A stretch of 64,000 nt of DNA from an uncultured Verrucomicrobiae bacterium (GCA_963735805.1 CAVTMK010000001.1:192001-256000); one strand, 5' to 3'. Counted from the first letter of the stretch, positions 9,566 to 21,329 are shown. The notes: a model not told the origin generated them from the letters alone. Program-made: numbers and translations.

Positions 9566-10579
9566 TTACGGCAGCTTGCCGAGATGTTCTCTAGGCGTTT
9601 CGCGCGAGAGTAATGCCATGTCCGCATCCACCATGATACGGACAAGTTCATGAAACAGGGTCTTCGGTTCCCAATGCAGAGTCTTTCTCGCCTTCGAAGC
9701 GTCACCAACCAAAACATCCACCTCCGCTGGACGCTCATATCGCGGATCGTGCTTGACGTATCGCTTCCAGTCCAGATTGGCGTGCGCAAAAGCTGCTTCA
9801 ACAAACTCGCGGACTGTGTGCGGTTCGCCGGTAGCCAGAACAAAATCGTCACCTTCGTCGAGCTGCAAAATCCGCCACATGCCTTCGACGTATTCAGGTG
9901 CAAAGCCCCAATCTCGCTTTGCATCCAAATTGCCGAGGAACAATTCCTTTTGCAGTCCGTGTTTGATAGCCGCAACAGCACGCGTGATTTTGCGAGTGAC
10001 AAAAGTTTCGCCGCGCCGGGGGCTTTCATGGTTGAACATGATGCCGTTACTCGCACAAAGACCGTAGCTTTCTCGATAATTGATGGTCGCCCAGTATGAA
10101 AAGACCTTTGCCACACCATAGGGACTGCGCGGCCAAAACGGTGTCTTTTCAGTTTGCGGCACCTCTTGGGCCTTTCCAAAAATTTCGCTGCTGGAAGCCT
10201 GAAAAAAACGGGAACGCAATCCTACTTCACGAATTGCCTCCAGAATACGGATGGTACCCACGCCAGTGACGTTCGCAGTGTACTCTGGAATATCGAAACT
10301 CACCCGGACGTGGCTTTGAGCCCCCAGATGATAAATTTCGTCAGGCTTCAGGTGGTAAAGAAGCTTCACCAGATTCACAGAGTCGCTGAGATCTCCGTAA
10401 TGTAGAAACAGTCGCACGTCGTTGACGTGTGGATCAGCATAAAGATGGTCGATGCGAGCAGTGTTAAACGTGCTTGCACGGCGAATAATGCCATGAACTT
10501 CATATCCCTTCTCCAGCAGCAACTCGGCAAGATAACTTCCATCCTGACCGGTGATGCCGGTGATCAACGCTTTTTTCAT
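9566..10579 (-). CDS. gmd: GDP-mannose 4,6-dehydratase
   Basis: Start taken at [51 protein letters not shown]. Confidence 0.97.
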   Translation of the reverse strand: MKKALITGITGQDGSYLAELLLEKGYEVHGIIRRASTFNTARIDHLYADPHVNDVRLFLHYGDLSDSVNLVKLLYHLKPDEIYHLGAQSHVRVSFDIPEYTANVTGVGTIRILEAIREVGLRSRFFQASSSEIFGKAQEVPQTEKTPFWPRSPYGVAKVFSYWATINYRESYGLCASNGIMFNHESPRRGETFVTRKITRAVAAIKHGLQKELFLGNLDAKRDWGFAPEYVEGMWRILQLDEGDDFVLATGEPHTVREFVEAAFAHANLDWKRYVKHDPRYERPAEVDVLVGDASKARKTLHWEPKTLFHELVRIMVDADMALLSRETPREHLGKLP

Positions 10580-10590
10580 GAGCGCATAAT

Positions 10591-10614
10591 TGTAGGGCGT
10601 TTCTGTGAAACGCC
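10591..10614 (+). repeat. GTAG-type REP-like hairpin
   Basis: TGTAG followed by the GGCGTTTC-TGT-GAAACGCC palindrome. Confidence 0.75.
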
Positions 10615-10673
10615 AACGCAAGAACATCCGCCCGGCGCGCACTGCGGCGGACCCCTGCAATCCGGAGCGGCCG

Positions 10674-11423
10674 CTAGCTCTCCGGTGGGGAAACCATGAT
10701 TCGCGCCAAAACAGCGCGTTGCGCGCCGATCAACGCGGCGATGCCTTTGCGAGCGAGACCTAGCATGTCATCCAATTGCGATCCCGAAAAAGTCGCTTCT
10801 TCACCGGATCCCTGCACTTCTACGAATTCGCCGTCTTCGGTAGCGACAAGATTGAAATCAACAACAACAACTTTGTCTTCTTCGTAGTTAAGATCCAAGA
10901 TGGCTTCACCGTCCAGAACGCCGGCACTCACCGCCGCAACCAGTTTTTGAATTGGAGGGGTGTCGAGCTTTTTATCCCTCACAAGTTTCCGGCAAGCTAT
11001 AGCAAGCGCCAGACTGGCTCCAGTGATTGCTGTTGTACGTGTTCCTCCGTCGGCTTGCAAGACATCGCAATCGACCCAGATCGTTCGGGGCCCGAGTTTT
11101 TCGAGATCGATGACAGCTCGCAGCGACCTGCCAATTAATCGCTGAATCTCAACGCTGCGGCCGTCGAGGCGGCCTTTTGTAACGTCCCGTGGCTTTCGCG
11201 TCTGCGTGGAATATGGGAGCATCGAATACTCAGCCGTAAGCCAGCCACCGGTGACCCCCTGCTCTTTCATCCAGCGCGGCACGGCTTCTTCAATTGTGAC
11301 GCCGCAAATCACGCGTGTCTGCCCCATTGACACCAGCACCGAACCGCTTGCGTGCGGAGCGATATTTAGTTCGAAATTAATCGGACGGATTTCATCGGGT
11401 CCACGGCCGTCATTTCGTTGCAT
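10674..11423 (-). CDS. rph: Ribonuclease PH
   Basis: Start taken at [50 protein letters not shown]. Confidence 0.97.
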   Translation of the reverse strand: MQRNDGRGPDEIRPINFELNIAPHASGSVLVSMGQTRVICGVTIEEAVPRWMKEQGVTGGWLTAEYSMLPYSTQTRKPRDVTKGRLDGRSVEIQRLIGRSLRAVIDLEKLGPRTIWVDCDVLQADGGTRTTAITGASLALAIACRKLVRDKKLDTPPIQKLVAAVSAGVLDGEAILDLNYEEDKVVVVDFNLVATEDGEFVEVQGSGEEATFSGSQLDDMLGLARKGIAALIGAQRAVLARIMVSPPES

Positions 11424-11591
11424 CGCTGGAAATCTAGATGCGGCTGGGATTTGTGCGACGAAGATTTGTACCAGGAAATTGAGGTTAGTCTCAAACGTGC
11501 GACTGTCTCCGCGCGCGGTTATTGGATTATGGCCGCCGCCTAGTAATCGGCTTGACGCACCGCAGTGGCCATCGTTGTATACGCATTTTGA

Positions 11592-14500
11592 GTGAAAAAC
11601 AGCGCGGATAACCACACAGCGATTTGCATCGCCGGTGCGCACCGTTCAGGAACATCGATGCTCACAAGGCTCTTGCACACCTGCGGTCTCTACCTCGGCC
11701 CAAAAAGCGAATTGATGCCACCGCAGGCCGATAACCCTGACGGCTTCTGGGAACATCTGGGATTCGTTGCCGTGAATGACGAGCTATTACATGCTCTCGG
11801 CGGCGCCTGGGACCTTCCACCAAAAGTTGCCGAAAATTTAAGTGACCCGCGCCTCGATCCCGTGCGCATGAAAGCACGGCTGCTAATCGAACGTTTCCAT
11901 TCGGCAAAGTTCTGGGGCTGGAAGGATCCGCGCACCAGTTTGACGCAGCCGTTCTGGCAGGCGCTTTTGCCGGGCCTGAAGACGCTTATCATCGTGCGGA
12001 ATCCGCTCGAAGTCGCCCACTCGATGCGGGAGCGAAACGGAACATCCTATTCGCTCGGTTTACGGCTTTGGGAAATTTATAACCGGCGCTTGATCGCGGC
12101 GGCAAGTGAGCAAGACCATCTTATTACTTATTACGATTTATTTTTCGAGGACCCGGAGGCGGAGCTGCGGCGAATTGTAGAATTCGCTGGTTTGCCCGAC
12201 AAGGAAATCGCTCGCGCCGCCGCACTCGTAAGAAAGCCAAGACGCCATACTCATTTCACGGTTGAGCACCTTATTGATGCCGGCGTAGCTCCGGAAGTAA
12301 TTGAGTTTTATCGCGCTTTGATTGCTGAAGCATCGGCATCCAGAGAAAACAAGGCACATATGGGCAGCGCACACCACGTCACAAAAGCGGACGAGGCCGA
12401 TTTGCTTCCCGGCGCCATCACCCGGCTAAACGCCTTAGTTCCGGAAAGGATTGCTCACATCGAAGATCTCTACCAGGAACTCTTGGCCCAGGCGGAAACT
12501 CGGCACAAAACGCAAGTTAAGGAGCTCAGTGAGCACTTGGCTCGCCAAAACGCTAGCATTACCGAAACGAACCACCTTCTTCGCGAAAAAAGCCTTAGCC
12601 TAGCGGAGAGCGAAACACGGGAAGATGAACTGCGGAAGCGTCTGCGTTTGCAATTGAAGGCTACCGAGAGGCTTTGTCGACTCTTGGAGGAGACCGACCA
12701 CGCAGCAGCCCAGCTTCGCTCTTCAGCGCGCTGGCAAATTGCAAATCCCATTGCGGCGTTCAAGGCCAAGCTCTCTCCTTCGCAGTCGCAGAGCTTGTTA
12801 GGGTATGGTCATCTGGAAAAGGTCATCTCCACATATCAGAAGTGGCGAACTACCTATCCGGAAATCACTGCGGCTGATGACCAGATTCAGGCGCTGATTT
12901 CAGGCGGAGTTTCTTCCGCATGGCAGAGAGTGGCGCCAGTCGAACCACCTGAACCGATACGTCCGATTGAGTTTCCGAGCCGCGAGCAGGTCGAAGTTTC
13001 AATTATCATTCCGGTGTTCGGTCAATTCCGTTTCACCCAGGCCTGCCTGGCTTCCCTGCAGGAGAATCAAGGAACAGAATGCTTTGAAGTCATTGTGGTG
13101 GATGATTGCTCGACGGACGCCACTCCGGAAGCTGTCCCGCGGATGCCAGGAGTCATCTATTTGCGCAACCAAACGAATTTCGGTTTCGTGGGGTCGTGCA
13201 ATCGCGGTGCCGAGGCCGCGCGGGGTAAATACCTCGTCTTTTTGAATAACGACACGCTCGTGAGACCAGGTTGGCTAAGCGCGTTGATTGATACTTTTGT
13301 CGAGGAACCCCGCGCGGGCATCGTTGGCTCAAAGCTTCTTTATCCTAATGGCCGGTTGCAGGAAGCAGGCGGAATCATATGGCGCGATGCATCAGGATGG
13401 AACTATGGCAAATCTGACGACCCGAAAAAGCCTGAGTACAATTATCTGCGCGAAGTTGACTATTGCTCAGCGGCAGCGTTGATGATTCCGAAATCGCTAT
13501 TTGCGACCGTGCAGGGCTTCGACTCACGGTACGCGCCCGCATATTACGAAGACACCGACCTGGCGTTTAAAGTTCGGAAAGCAGATTACAAGGTTTTGTA
13601 CCAACCGTTAAGTGAGGTCATCCACTATGAGGGAGCAACCGGCGGAACCGATCTTGCGACCGGTACGAAGAAACATCAAGAGATCAACCGCTCGACGTTT
13701 GCAGAAAAATGGGCTGCCGCACTAAAAACAAAGCCACCTAACGGGGATTCGGCTTTTTTGAGGCAGGCTCCGCAAGGGCGAAAGAACATCCTCGTGATCG
13801 ACCATCATGTCCCGAAGCCCGATCACGATTCAGGGTCTCTTCGAATGTTTCAGATTCTTAAGCTACTTCATCAGCTCGGTCATCGCGTTACTTTCGTTCC
13901 GGATAACCTGGCAAATGTTGCTTTTTACACAGGCGAGCTGCAGAAACGTGGAATTGAAGTCGTTCACCATCCCTATATCAAAACGGTGCGCGATTACCTC
14001 ATTTCGCACGGCTCGGCGTTCGATGCAGTTGTGCTAAGCCGGTGTGATTTTGCGCGCAAACATATCGCCGACGTGCGTCTCTATGCGCCACAAAGCCGCA
14101 TCATTTTTGATACCGTCGATCTTCATCACGTCCGCGAAGACGGCGAAGCAACACTGACCGGGGATACGGAGCTGCGCCGAAAAGCGCAGGAGAAAGAACG
14201 CTTGGAAAATGAACTAATCGAGCAGACTGACGAAACCTGGGTAGTTAGCCCTGCCGAACAGCGATTGCTCCGTGGGAACTGGCCTGGCAAATCGATTCAA
14301 CTGGTTTCGAATATTGTCGATATCCCCGGATCAAAGACGCCATTTGAACTCCGGCGCGACTGGCTTTTTATCGGCGGATTCCAGCACAGGCCAAACACCG
14401 ATGCTGTTCTCTTCTTCGTGAAGGAAATTTATCCGCTGGTGAGCGAGCGACTGCGCGATGCAAAATTCTATATCATCGGCGATAAAGTGCCGCCGGACAT

Positions 14501-14939
14501 CGCTGCGCTGGCGAGCGAGAGGATCATTGTAGCGGGACTACACAGAGATGTGCGCCCGTTTTTTGACAGCGTGAAACTGTCCATTGCGCCTCTGCGATTT
14601 GGGGCCGGCGTGAAAGGCAAGATCAACCAAAGCATGGCGTTCGGCGTGCCGGTAGTTGCAACGTCTATTGCGGCTGAGGGAATGGAACTTAAAGACCATG
14701 AGGACATTCTGCTTGCCGATAAACCGGAAGAGTTTGCCGAGGCGTTAGTTGAACTCTATGAGTCGGAGGCGCTTTGGAACCGTCTCTCAGAAAACGGTAT
14801 CCGGAAAACACAAGCTCTGTATTCCACTGACGTCGCGCGGAAGAAGCTCGAGTTTTTGTTTAGCGACGATCACCTTGCAAGCTTGCGTAAAGAAGCAGCA
14901 ATTGCAGAGGCGGAGACTGTTACCGCAGCGAAAAGCTGA
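11592..14939 (+). CDS. Multidomain sulfotransferase + coiled coil + GT2 + GT4-like glycosyltransferase
   Basis: GAHRSGTS / WGWKDPR / [10 protein letters not shown] (sulfotransferase); E/K/R/L-rich helix; [27 protein letters not shown] (GT2); [23 protein letters not shown] (GT-B). Confidence 0.9.
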   Translation: MKNSADNHTAICIAGAHRSGTSMLTRLLHTCGLYLGPKSELMPPQADNPDGFWEHLGFVAVNDELLHALGGAWDLPPKVAENLSDPRLDPVRMKARLLIERFHSAKFWGWKDPRTSLTQPFWQALLPGLKTLIIVRNPLEVAHSMRERNGTSYSLGLRLWEIYNRRLIAAASEQDHLITYYDLFFEDPEAELRRIVEFAGLPDKEIARAAALVRKPRRHTHFTVEHLIDAGVAPEVIEFYRALIAEASASRENKAHMGSAHHVTKADEADLLPGAITRLNALVPERIAHIEDLYQELLAQAETRHKTQVKELSEHLARQNASITETNHLLREKSLSLAESETREDELRKRLRLQLKATERLCRLLEETDHAAAQLRSSARWQIANPIAAFKAKLSPSQSQSLLGYGHLEKVISTYQKWRTTYPEITAADDQIQALISGGVSSAWQRVAPVEPPEPIRPIEFPSREQVEVSIIIPVFGQFRFTQACLASLQENQGTECFEVIVVDDCSTDATPEAVPRMPGVIYLRNQTNFGFVGSCNRGAEAARGKYLVFLNNDTLVRPGWLSALIDTFVEEPRAGIVGSKLLYPNGRLQEAGGIIWRDASGWNYGKSDDPKKPEYNYLREVDYCSAAALMIPKSLFATVQGFDSRYAPAYYEDTDLAFKVRKADYKVLYQPLSEVIHYEGATGGTDLATGTKKHQEINRSTFAEKWAAALKTKPPNGDSAFLRQAPQGRKNILVIDHHVPKPDHDSGSLRMFQILKLLHQLGHRVTFVPDNLANVAFYTGELQKRGIEVVHHPYIKTVRDYLISHGSAFDAVVLSRCDFARKHIADVRLYAPQSRIIFDTVDLHHVREDGEATLTGDTELRRKAQEKERLENELIEQTDETWVVSPAEQRLLRGNWPGKSIQLVSNIVDIPGSKTPFELRRDWLFIGGFQHRPNTDAVLFFVKEIYPLVSERLRDAKFYIIGDKVPPDIAALASERIIVAGLHRDVRPFFDSVKLSIAPLRFGAGVKGKINQSMAFGVPVVATSIAAEGMELKDHEDILLADKPEEFAEALVELYESEALWNRLSENGIRKTQALYSTDVARKKLEFLFSDDHLASLRKEAAIAEAETVTAAKS

Positions 14940-14971
14940 TCCTGATTTGCGGGGGGATAAGGCGAAGCGAA

Positions 14972-16225
14972 GTGGAAAAAATCACCGGAAAAATCAATGC
15001 AACCCCCAACCCCGTTTGTTTCGGGGAAGGCTGCGTAGTGATCTCATGGGAAACCAATGATCCCTCCGGCAGTGAGATTCGTGTTGCGACCCCGGCGCAT
15101 AAAGAAAAGGTCGTTGTCGAGGGAGGAAAGGCCGGACGCGTTGAGATTCATTGGATCCAGAACTCGACAGAATACGAATTTCGCCTTTATGCAGCCAGCC
15201 GCCTTCACAAATCGATTGATTCAGTAAAAGTCAAAGGGAACAGCAATTCGTTGCACCCGCTACTGACTGAAGCTGCCCTCGAAGTGAAACGCGGAAACAT
15301 TGGCGTTGCGGCGCTCTCCGACTTTATAGCGAAAGTTCTCCCTTCTTGTGTTCACAACTCAAAGTTTCGCGAGATCTTTCGCTTGTGGGAGCGGCACGGC
15401 TTTCACGTTACGCCAGTGCATTTCTATCAACCTATTCCCAATACCCAATCCTTGCCCGAAACTCTATGGAATCAGGCGAGCGAACTGGTCGGGATCGACA
15501 TGAACGATCCAATGCAGCTCGATCTATTGCGGAATCACTTTCCAAAGTTTCGCGGCGAATATGATCAATTTTCAGCAGAGCCAACCGACTCGCCGGTCCG
15601 TTTCCATCTTAACAACGGGCTTTTTGACGGCACTGACGCGCTGGTTGCTTATTGTATGATTCGCCACTTTCAACCACGGTTGATCATCGAGGTGGGCAGT
15701 GGGTTTTCATCTCTGGTCGCAGCTGAGGCCATCGCAAAAAATAAGGGCTCGGCACTGATTTGTATCGAACCGTTTCCGATGGATTTTCTCCGGAAGGGGG
15801 TACTCGGGCTGCATTCATTGATAGAGAAAAAGGTGGAAGATGTCGACCTGGAATTCTTCTCACAGCTGTGCTCCGGCGACATACTTTTTATCGATAGTTC
15901 TCATACGGTAAGGATTGGCGGAGACGTCAATTACCTGTTCCTTGAAGTGTTGCCACGCCTAAAAGCCGGGGTCATTGTGCACGTCCACGATATCTTCTTT
16001 CCTTTCGATTACCGGCGTGACTGGGTGATGGATGAATTACGTTTTTGGGCGGAGCAATACCTGCTTCAGGCGTTTCTCACATTCAATTCCCAGTTCGAAG
16101 TGCTGATGGCCAACGCTTACCTGGGCCACCGTCATATGGAAGATCTCAAAAGGACTTTCGCGAATTCACCTTGGTGGGGCGGAGGAAGTTTCTGGATGCG
16201 CCGCCGCGCTGCGAAAGCAGATTGA
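14972..16225 (+). CDS. Class I SAM methyltransferase (Methyltransf_24-like) with N-terminal beta-sandwich-like module
   Basis: IIEVGSGFSS, ILFIDSSH, VHVHDIFFP, WAEQYLL. Confidence 0.85.
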   Translation: MEKITGKINATPNPVCFGEGCVVISWETNDPSGSEIRVATPAHKEKVVVEGGKAGRVEIHWIQNSTEYEFRLYAASRLHKSIDSVKVKGNSNSLHPLLTEAALEVKRGNIGVAALSDFIAKVLPSCVHNSKFREIFRLWERHGFHVTPVHFYQPIPNTQSLPETLWNQASELVGIDMNDPMQLDLLRNHFPKFRGEYDQFSAEPTDSPVRFHLNNGLFDGTDALVAYCMIRHFQPRLIIEVGSGFSSLVAAEAIAKNKGSALICIEPFPMDFLRKGVLGLHSLIEKKVEDVDLEFFSQLCSGDILFIDSSHTVRIGGDVNYLFLEVLPRLKAGVIVHVHDIFFPFDYRRDWVMDELRFWAEQYLLQAFLTFNSQFEVLMANAYLGHRHMEDLKRTFANSPWWGGGSFWMRRRAAKAD

Positions 16226-16283
16226 AAATAGAATAGTTTTCGATTCGATGCTAACGAGGTTCGAGGAACATTAGAGTCCTGCC

Positions 16284-17051
16284 TTAGATCAAATCCAATG
16301 TTCGACCGCGGCTCAAAATCTGGTCAAAAATGGAGTCGCTCTCGATCGTCTGTGAGATGTCTCGTCTTCGGACCGCGCTCTTTGCCTTCTGGATCAGATA
16401 AAGAAACCTCCAAACACGGATCTCGGAGATCAGTAGTGTAGACCCCAGCAGCATAATTTGTTCGAACAGGAGGTTGGACAGCGCACGGCGCCTTGCAAAC
16501 GAAGCATCGGGTGATTGGTAATCAGGGTGGTGCGCCCAACTCCAGTCTTCGATCACGTAGATGCCGCCGGGACTCAACAATGGAAAGAGAAATTCGAAAG
16601 ACGCCCTTGTTTCCTCGTAGGTGTGAGACGCATCGTCCACTACCAGATCCAGCTCATCCGCCAGCTCGCCGAGAGCGATTTGCCTCAACTTATCACCATC
16701 GCACTGCGATGTAGCAAAATGAACAAACCGATCCTTGGTACGCGACACGTAGTCCAAAAGCGGCGCAACAGGCTTTGAACTAATATCAACGGCTGACATT
16801 CGGCGAGGTTTGAATAGCTTGTCCAGGAACACGTAGCTACCGCCCTGAAAAATCCCAAGTTCGAGAAGTGATCTCGGTGAGAACCGGGAAGCGAGGTCCT
16901 CATAAACACGCAGATAGGGCTCAGTTTTTACGATCGTAAACGTCTCCGAGGTGGAAGAACGCCGGTCTTTCGGCGGCACAGCGACCTCAACCACGAAGTT
17001 TTCACCTCCCAATGAGAACTCCCCACCGTGACCAATCTTGATCGGATTCAT
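16284..17051 (-). CDS. Class I SAM methyltransferase (CmcI/sugar O-methyltransferase-like)
   Basis: LLELGIFQGGS, DLVVDDASH, GGIYVIEDW. Confidence 0.82.
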   Translation of the reverse strand: MNPIKIGHGGEFSLGGENFVVEVAVPPKDRRSSTSETFTIVKTEPYLRVYEDLASRFSPRSLLELGIFQGGSYVFLDKLFKPRRMSAVDISSKPVAPLLDYVSRTKDRFVHFATSQCDGDKLRQIALGELADELDLVVDDASHTYEETRASFEFLFPLLSPGGIYVIEDWSWAHHPDYQSPDASFARRRALSNLLFEQIMLLGSTLLISEIRVWRFLYLIQKAKSAVRRRDISQTIESDSIFDQILSRGRTLDLI

Positions 17052-17124
17052 CAGACAATTCTGCGCAGCAAATATGCGCTAAGCTTGACTGCTGGCAAAA
17101 AGGCGAATAATCCGTAGGAACTGA

Positions 17125-18165
17125 ATGCAGCGTAACATAAACAAGCCGATTTTTGTCGTGGGATCGCCGCGTTCAGGGACAAGTATTCTCACATGGTGTC
17201 TGGGTCAGCATCCAAATATTTTTCCAGTGCCGGAGTCGAATTGGATGGGAAACTTTGCGGTTAACGTAGCCACGGCCTATCAGGTCGGTGCGGCCCGCGG
17301 CGAACGCTCCATCTTGAGCGCCATGGAAATTCAAGAGGACGAATTGTTCGTTGCGTTCGGTCAAAGTATCAATGACCTGATTCTTTCACATCGCAAGGAT
17401 CTGGAAAGAAAACGTCAATCCTGGATTTCGTTGTCTGGACTTAAAGAGCGCTGGTTGCGGGGCAGAAATGCAGCGTCGGACCCCAAGGCGCGGTGGGTGG
17501 ATGGCACGCCGGAATACTCGCTGTTTATCTGTGGCTTGCGCAAACTCTTTCCAGAGGCTCGCTTCGTTCATATCTTCCGAGACGTCGGCGCAGTGGTGCG
17601 CTCGATGCTGAACTTTCATCGCGTAGCCGGTACTCAGCTGGTTGCTAACGAAGAAAAGGCTTATAAATACTGGCTCCGAACCGTGAGAGCATGTTTAAAG
17701 GCAGAACAGGCGTATGGCCCGGAGGTTGTCCATCGAATCCAATACGTAGATTTGATCGACAATCCAGAATTGACCATGCGCTGGTTGTTCGACCGGCTTG
17801 AGGAACCGTACAGCGCAAAATGTCTGGAGCCGCTTGCCGATCGGATCAACAGTTCCAATGTACCGGCCGATTTTAAAGCGAACGATCCTGCTACCGACCC
17901 GGCAATAATCGAAAAGGCGATGCGCCTTTCCGCAAGTGTAAGCGAAGCTCGACAAGCGGATCGACCTTCGCGAGAGGCTGGCAATGAAATGGAGGCTGCA
18001 TTTAGAAAACGGGTCCATGACACTGCACGCGTGGATCGCGCCTACAAGAAAACCCGGCAAATCATGAAGGCCTTGAATTACTCGGCACTTTTCATGTATG
18101 TGCTGGTTCAAGCAGTGCTCACAATCGGGGATCCTTGTGTCGTTGTCTTGTCGCCGTTGCCATAG
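17125..18165 (+). CDS. Sulfotransferase family protein
   Basis: PIFVVGSPRSGTS (5'-PSB loop), HIFRD...VVRS (3'-PB). Confidence 0.88.
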   Translation: MQRNINKPIFVVGSPRSGTSILTWCLGQHPNIFPVPESNWMGNFAVNVATAYQVGAARGERSILSAMEIQEDELFVAFGQSINDLILSHRKDLERKRQSWISLSGLKERWLRGRNAASDPKARWVDGTPEYSLFICGLRKLFPEARFVHIFRDVGAVVRSMLNFHRVAGTQLVANEEKAYKYWLRTVRACLKAEQAYGPEVVHRIQYVDLIDNPELTMRWLFDRLEEPYSAKCLEPLADRINSSNVPADFKANDPATDPAIIEKAMRLSASVSEARQADRPSREAGNEMEAAFRKRVHDTARVDRAYKKTRQIMKALNYSALFMYVLVQAVLTIGDPCVVVLSPLP

Positions 18166-18276
18166 CCACTCAGTAACACGGACAATCTTGTTGGGGATGC
18201 CTTTTGGAAGAGAGCCAGTCGTTGCTGTCTGCCTTCGGCACCAGCGCCACCGACTGCGTTGATATTTCCAACCGAA

Positions 18277-19386
18277 ATGGAAGAGGGAATAGAGAGACCG
18301 ATTTTTATAGTTGGATCGCCGCGGTCGGGAACAAGCGTTCTGACTTGGTGTCTGGGTAAGCACCCGAATATCATTCCGCTGGAGGAATCTGATTGGATGG
18401 GGGGGTTGGCGATTGATCTGGCGAGGTACTACCAAATCGGGAGTGCGCGCGGTCAATACTCGCTCTTGAGTTCGATGGGCTTGGGAAAAGCGGAATTTTT
18501 CGCTGTCTTTGGCAACACCATAAACAACTTGATCCTACGCCATCGGGTTGATCTTGAGAAAGAACGCTGGCGGCGCGCTGCTGGTCCGGCTCTTCCCATC
18601 GATTTATTCGTTTCAAAATATTACGCAAGAACGCGGTGGGTAGATGGCACGCCGGAATATGCCTTCCATATTTGTGGATTGCGGAAGCTCTTTCCGCAGG
18701 CGCAATTCATCCACATCTTTCGGGATGTGACTTCCGTGGTTCGCTCAATGCTACACTTCCATCAGCTTAGCGGACAAAGTCTGGTCGCCAATGTGCAGGA
18801 GGCGTACAGTTATTGGCTAAGAACTGTAAGCAACTGCTTGCTGGCTGAACAGGCTTACGGGCCGAACGTGGTCCTCCGCATACGGCATTCCGATCTCGTA
18901 GACGCTCCGGAAGCGACTTTGCGCTCCATTTTCAGCTTTGTCGGTGAACCGTTCGCACCGGAATGCCTGGAGCCACTCGCACAAAGGATTAATAGTTCCA
19001 ACGTTCCTGCTGATTTTCAGATTGATGACCGAGGAACCGATCCACGCCTCGTACATCAGGCAATGCAGCTTTGTCGCGAAGTCGAAAAGAGTTCGCAGCC
19101 CCTCGAGGCTTCGGCTGTGGCAATAGAAGAAATAGAGGCAGCTTTCGATGAACGGGTGCAGTTTGTAGCGAGTCTGCCGAAGGAATATCGTAGAGCGCAG
19201 CAATTAATTCTGGAGCAGCAAGACAAAAATCAACAAATCCACGCGCGGGCAGCGACACTGGCAACGGAGGTGAAGAAAAAGATCGCCATCATTGAGGATC
19301 TTCGCGGTGGGCGAAAGCATTCCAAATGGCTGCGTCTACTTTTGGGAGCTTTGCCAAAAGTTACCAACGACAAAGCAAAAGGATGA
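18277..19386 (+). CDS. Sulfotransferase family protein (tandem paralog, C-terminal coiled coil)
   Basis: PIFIVGSPRSGTS, RWVDGTPEY, RINSSNVPADF shared with 17125-18165; ATG at 18277 preferred. Confidence 0.88.
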   Translation: MEEGIERPIFIVGSPRSGTSVLTWCLGKHPNIIPLEESDWMGGLAIDLARYYQIGSARGQYSLLSSMGLGKAEFFAVFGNTINNLILRHRVDLEKERWRRAAGPALPIDLFVSKYYARTRWVDGTPEYAFHICGLRKLFPQAQFIHIFRDVTSVVRSMLHFHQLSGQSLVANVQEAYSYWLRTVSNCLLAEQAYGPNVVLRIRHSDLVDAPEATLRSIFSFVGEPFAPECLEPLAQRINSSNVPADFQIDDRGTDPRLVHQAMQLCREVEKSSQPLEASAVAIEEIEAAFDERVQFVASLPKEYRRAQQLILEQQDKNQQIHARAATLATEVKKKIAIIEDLRGGRKHSKWLRLLLGALPKVTNDKAKG

Positions 19387-19542
19387 GAGATGCTTATTCG
19401 AAGGAAGTAGACCTTGCCGAGATCTCGATGAAAGACGCTCATCCACCCTACCGACTTAGATTGGAGGACTTAGCGTTTTTTGCAAAAGGCTCGACCTTAA
19501 TGCCAGTTTCGTGTTTCCGCATGGCTCTGTGTTGAATCGAAA

Positions 19543-20649
19543 ATGAGAATACCTATCAAAACGGTTCTGCACCACACTAAGTTCGATAGGATCGTCGCTA
19601 ACTTACGTCGTCCCCCGCTCTTCGGAGTTTCTCTGACAGTTCTTGTTGTAACGTGTCTTTGTGCCGTCGGGATTGTGGGATACATTGACTACCTGACTGG
19701 ATACGAACGTCCGCTTCTTCTTTTTTATCTCTTGCCGATCTGGTTGGCCACATGGTTTGGATCCCTGCGTATCGGCTTGGGAATCGCAGTTCTCAGTGTC
19801 GCGGTATCCGTGTTGTCAGACGTTGCGGCCGGAATCCCTGCTCTCCGTTTCTGGAATGCAGGGATGGCTTTTGCGTCCTATGCGCTGTTTGCCGGGGTTC
19901 TCTCCAAGCTGCACACACTTTTGGAAGAGTTGGATCAACGCGTCCAGGAGCGAACGGCGGCCCTGCAACGCGAGATGAGCGAGCGACAGCGGCTTGACCA
20001 GGAAATCGCACAAGTAGCGGATCGCGAGCGACGACGATTAGGACAAGATCTTCACGACCGGTTGGGCCAACACCTTACCGGCACTGCTCTCGCCGCCCAA
20101 GTCTTAAAGGAGAAGCTCGCGGCAAAGGCCGCTCCCGAAGTAACGGAGGCGGATAAGCTCGTGAGCTATGTTGAAGAGGGCATCGATCTCACGCGCAACC
20201 TGGCACGCGGTTTCTTTTCGCCGGAACTAGAAGCAGACGGGCTAACTACAGCCTTGGAAGGCCTGGCCGAAAACATAAGCGAACGTTTCACGGTCAACTG
20301 CATTTTTCATGGAGAAGAATCTATTCCGGTCCATGATTCCGCTGTTGCAACCCAGCTCTATCGGATCGCTCAAGAAGCCGCTACAAACGCCGCGAAACAT
20401 GCCGCTGCGGAACAAGTCGATATTCGCGTTAGTGTAGACAATTCCGAACTTACCCTGGCAATTTCGGATGATGGAGTTGGTTTTCCAGGTAACCTCTCGG
20501 ATTCAAAAGGGCTTGGGCTGCGCCTGATGCGCCACGGCGCCGCGTTAATTGGCGGGACATTTAGTGTCCGGCGAAACGGTCAGCGCGGAACGATTGCAAT
20601 TTGTAAGGTAACTGTATCAAACCACAACGAGCTAAACCTCCTACAATGA
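19543..20649 (+). CDS. Membrane sensor histidine kinase (HisKA_3/NarX-type)
   Basis: About 4 TM helices, ERRRLGQDLHD H-box, RIAQEAATNAAKHA, DDGVGF, GLGL. Confidence 0.93.
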   Translation: MRIPIKTVLHHTKFDRIVANLRRPPLFGVSLTVLVVTCLCAVGIVGYIDYLTGYERPLLLFYLLPIWLATWFGSLRIGLGIAVLSVAVSVLSDVAAGIPALRFWNAGMAFASYALFAGVLSKLHTLLEELDQRVQERTAALQREMSERQRLDQEIAQVADRERRRLGQDLHDRLGQHLTGTALAAQVLKEKLAAKAAPEVTEADKLVSYVEEGIDLTRNLARGFFSPELEADGLTTALEGLAENISERFTVNCIFHGEESIPVHDSAVATQLYRIAQEAATNAAKHAAAEQVDIRVSVDNSELTLAISDDGVGFPGNLSDSKGLGLRLMRHGAALIGGTFSVRRNGQRGTIAICKVTVSNHNELNLLQ

Positions 20650-21329
20650 GTTCAAATGCATCTGCGAACGCCCCGCGTAAACATCGGATCTTTCTTGTCG
20701 ACGATCATCCTCTAGTACGCGAGGGACTGACCAATCTGATTAATGAACAGAATGACATGATTGTCTGCGGTGAAGCAGAGGATTCCGCTGGAGCGATGAC
20801 AGGAATTCCAAAAACACGACCTGATGTCGTCCTTGTGGACATTTCGTTGAAGAATGAATCTGGCTTGGAGTTGGTCAAGAACCTGGAGAGTCAATTCCCA
20901 CTGGTCGCTCTGATCGTGCTTTCCATGCATGATGAAGCCCTTTACGCTGAGCGCGCGTTGCGCGCCGGCGCGCGGGGTTACGTCATGAAACGAGAGAGTA
21001 CAAAGAGCGTCCTCGCGTCCATTCGCCGAGTATTGGAAGGCGGCGTTTATGTTAGCGAAAGGGTCGTTAACAGTATGGCTCGTCGTTTTAGTTCGTCGTC
21101 TAAGGGAGCCGAGAGTTCTCCGGTGGAACGTCTAAGCGATCGTGAGCTGGAAATATTCCGACTCCTGGGGCAGGGACGCACTACCGCGCAGATTGCCGAG
21201 GATTTGCATTTGAGTTTGAAAACCGTGCAGGCTTACTGTGCTCGCGCGAAGGAAAAATTCGGTGTTAGCTCTCTAGGCGAACTGCTCCGTGCGGCAATTC
21301 GCTGGGAAGATGCGACCCATCTAAAGTAA
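20646..21329 (+). CDS. NarL/LuxR-family response regulator
   Basis: LVDDHPLVREG, VLVDISL, LSDRELEI HTH; ATGA overlap with the kinase. Confidence 0.95.
   Translation: MSSNASANAPRKHRIFLVDDHPLVREGLTNLINEQNDMIVCGEAEDSAGAMTGIPKTRPDVVLVDISLKNESGLELVKNLESQFPLVALIVLSMHDEALYAERALRAGARGYVMKRESTKSVLASIRRVLEGGVYVSERVVNSMARRFSSSSKGAESSPVERLSDRELEIFRLLGQGRTTAQIAEDLHLSLKTVQAYCARAKEKFGVSSLGELLRAAIRWEDATHLK

Noticed and set aside
10580..10660. 27-aa N-terminal extension of Gmd in the ORF track
   Set aside because: It translates a REP hairpin (WRFTETPYN); the family start is MKKALITG at 10579
11424..11642. 73-aa N-terminal extension of RNase PH
   Set aside because: It overlaps the divergent gene and intergenic region; homology starts at MQRNDGR
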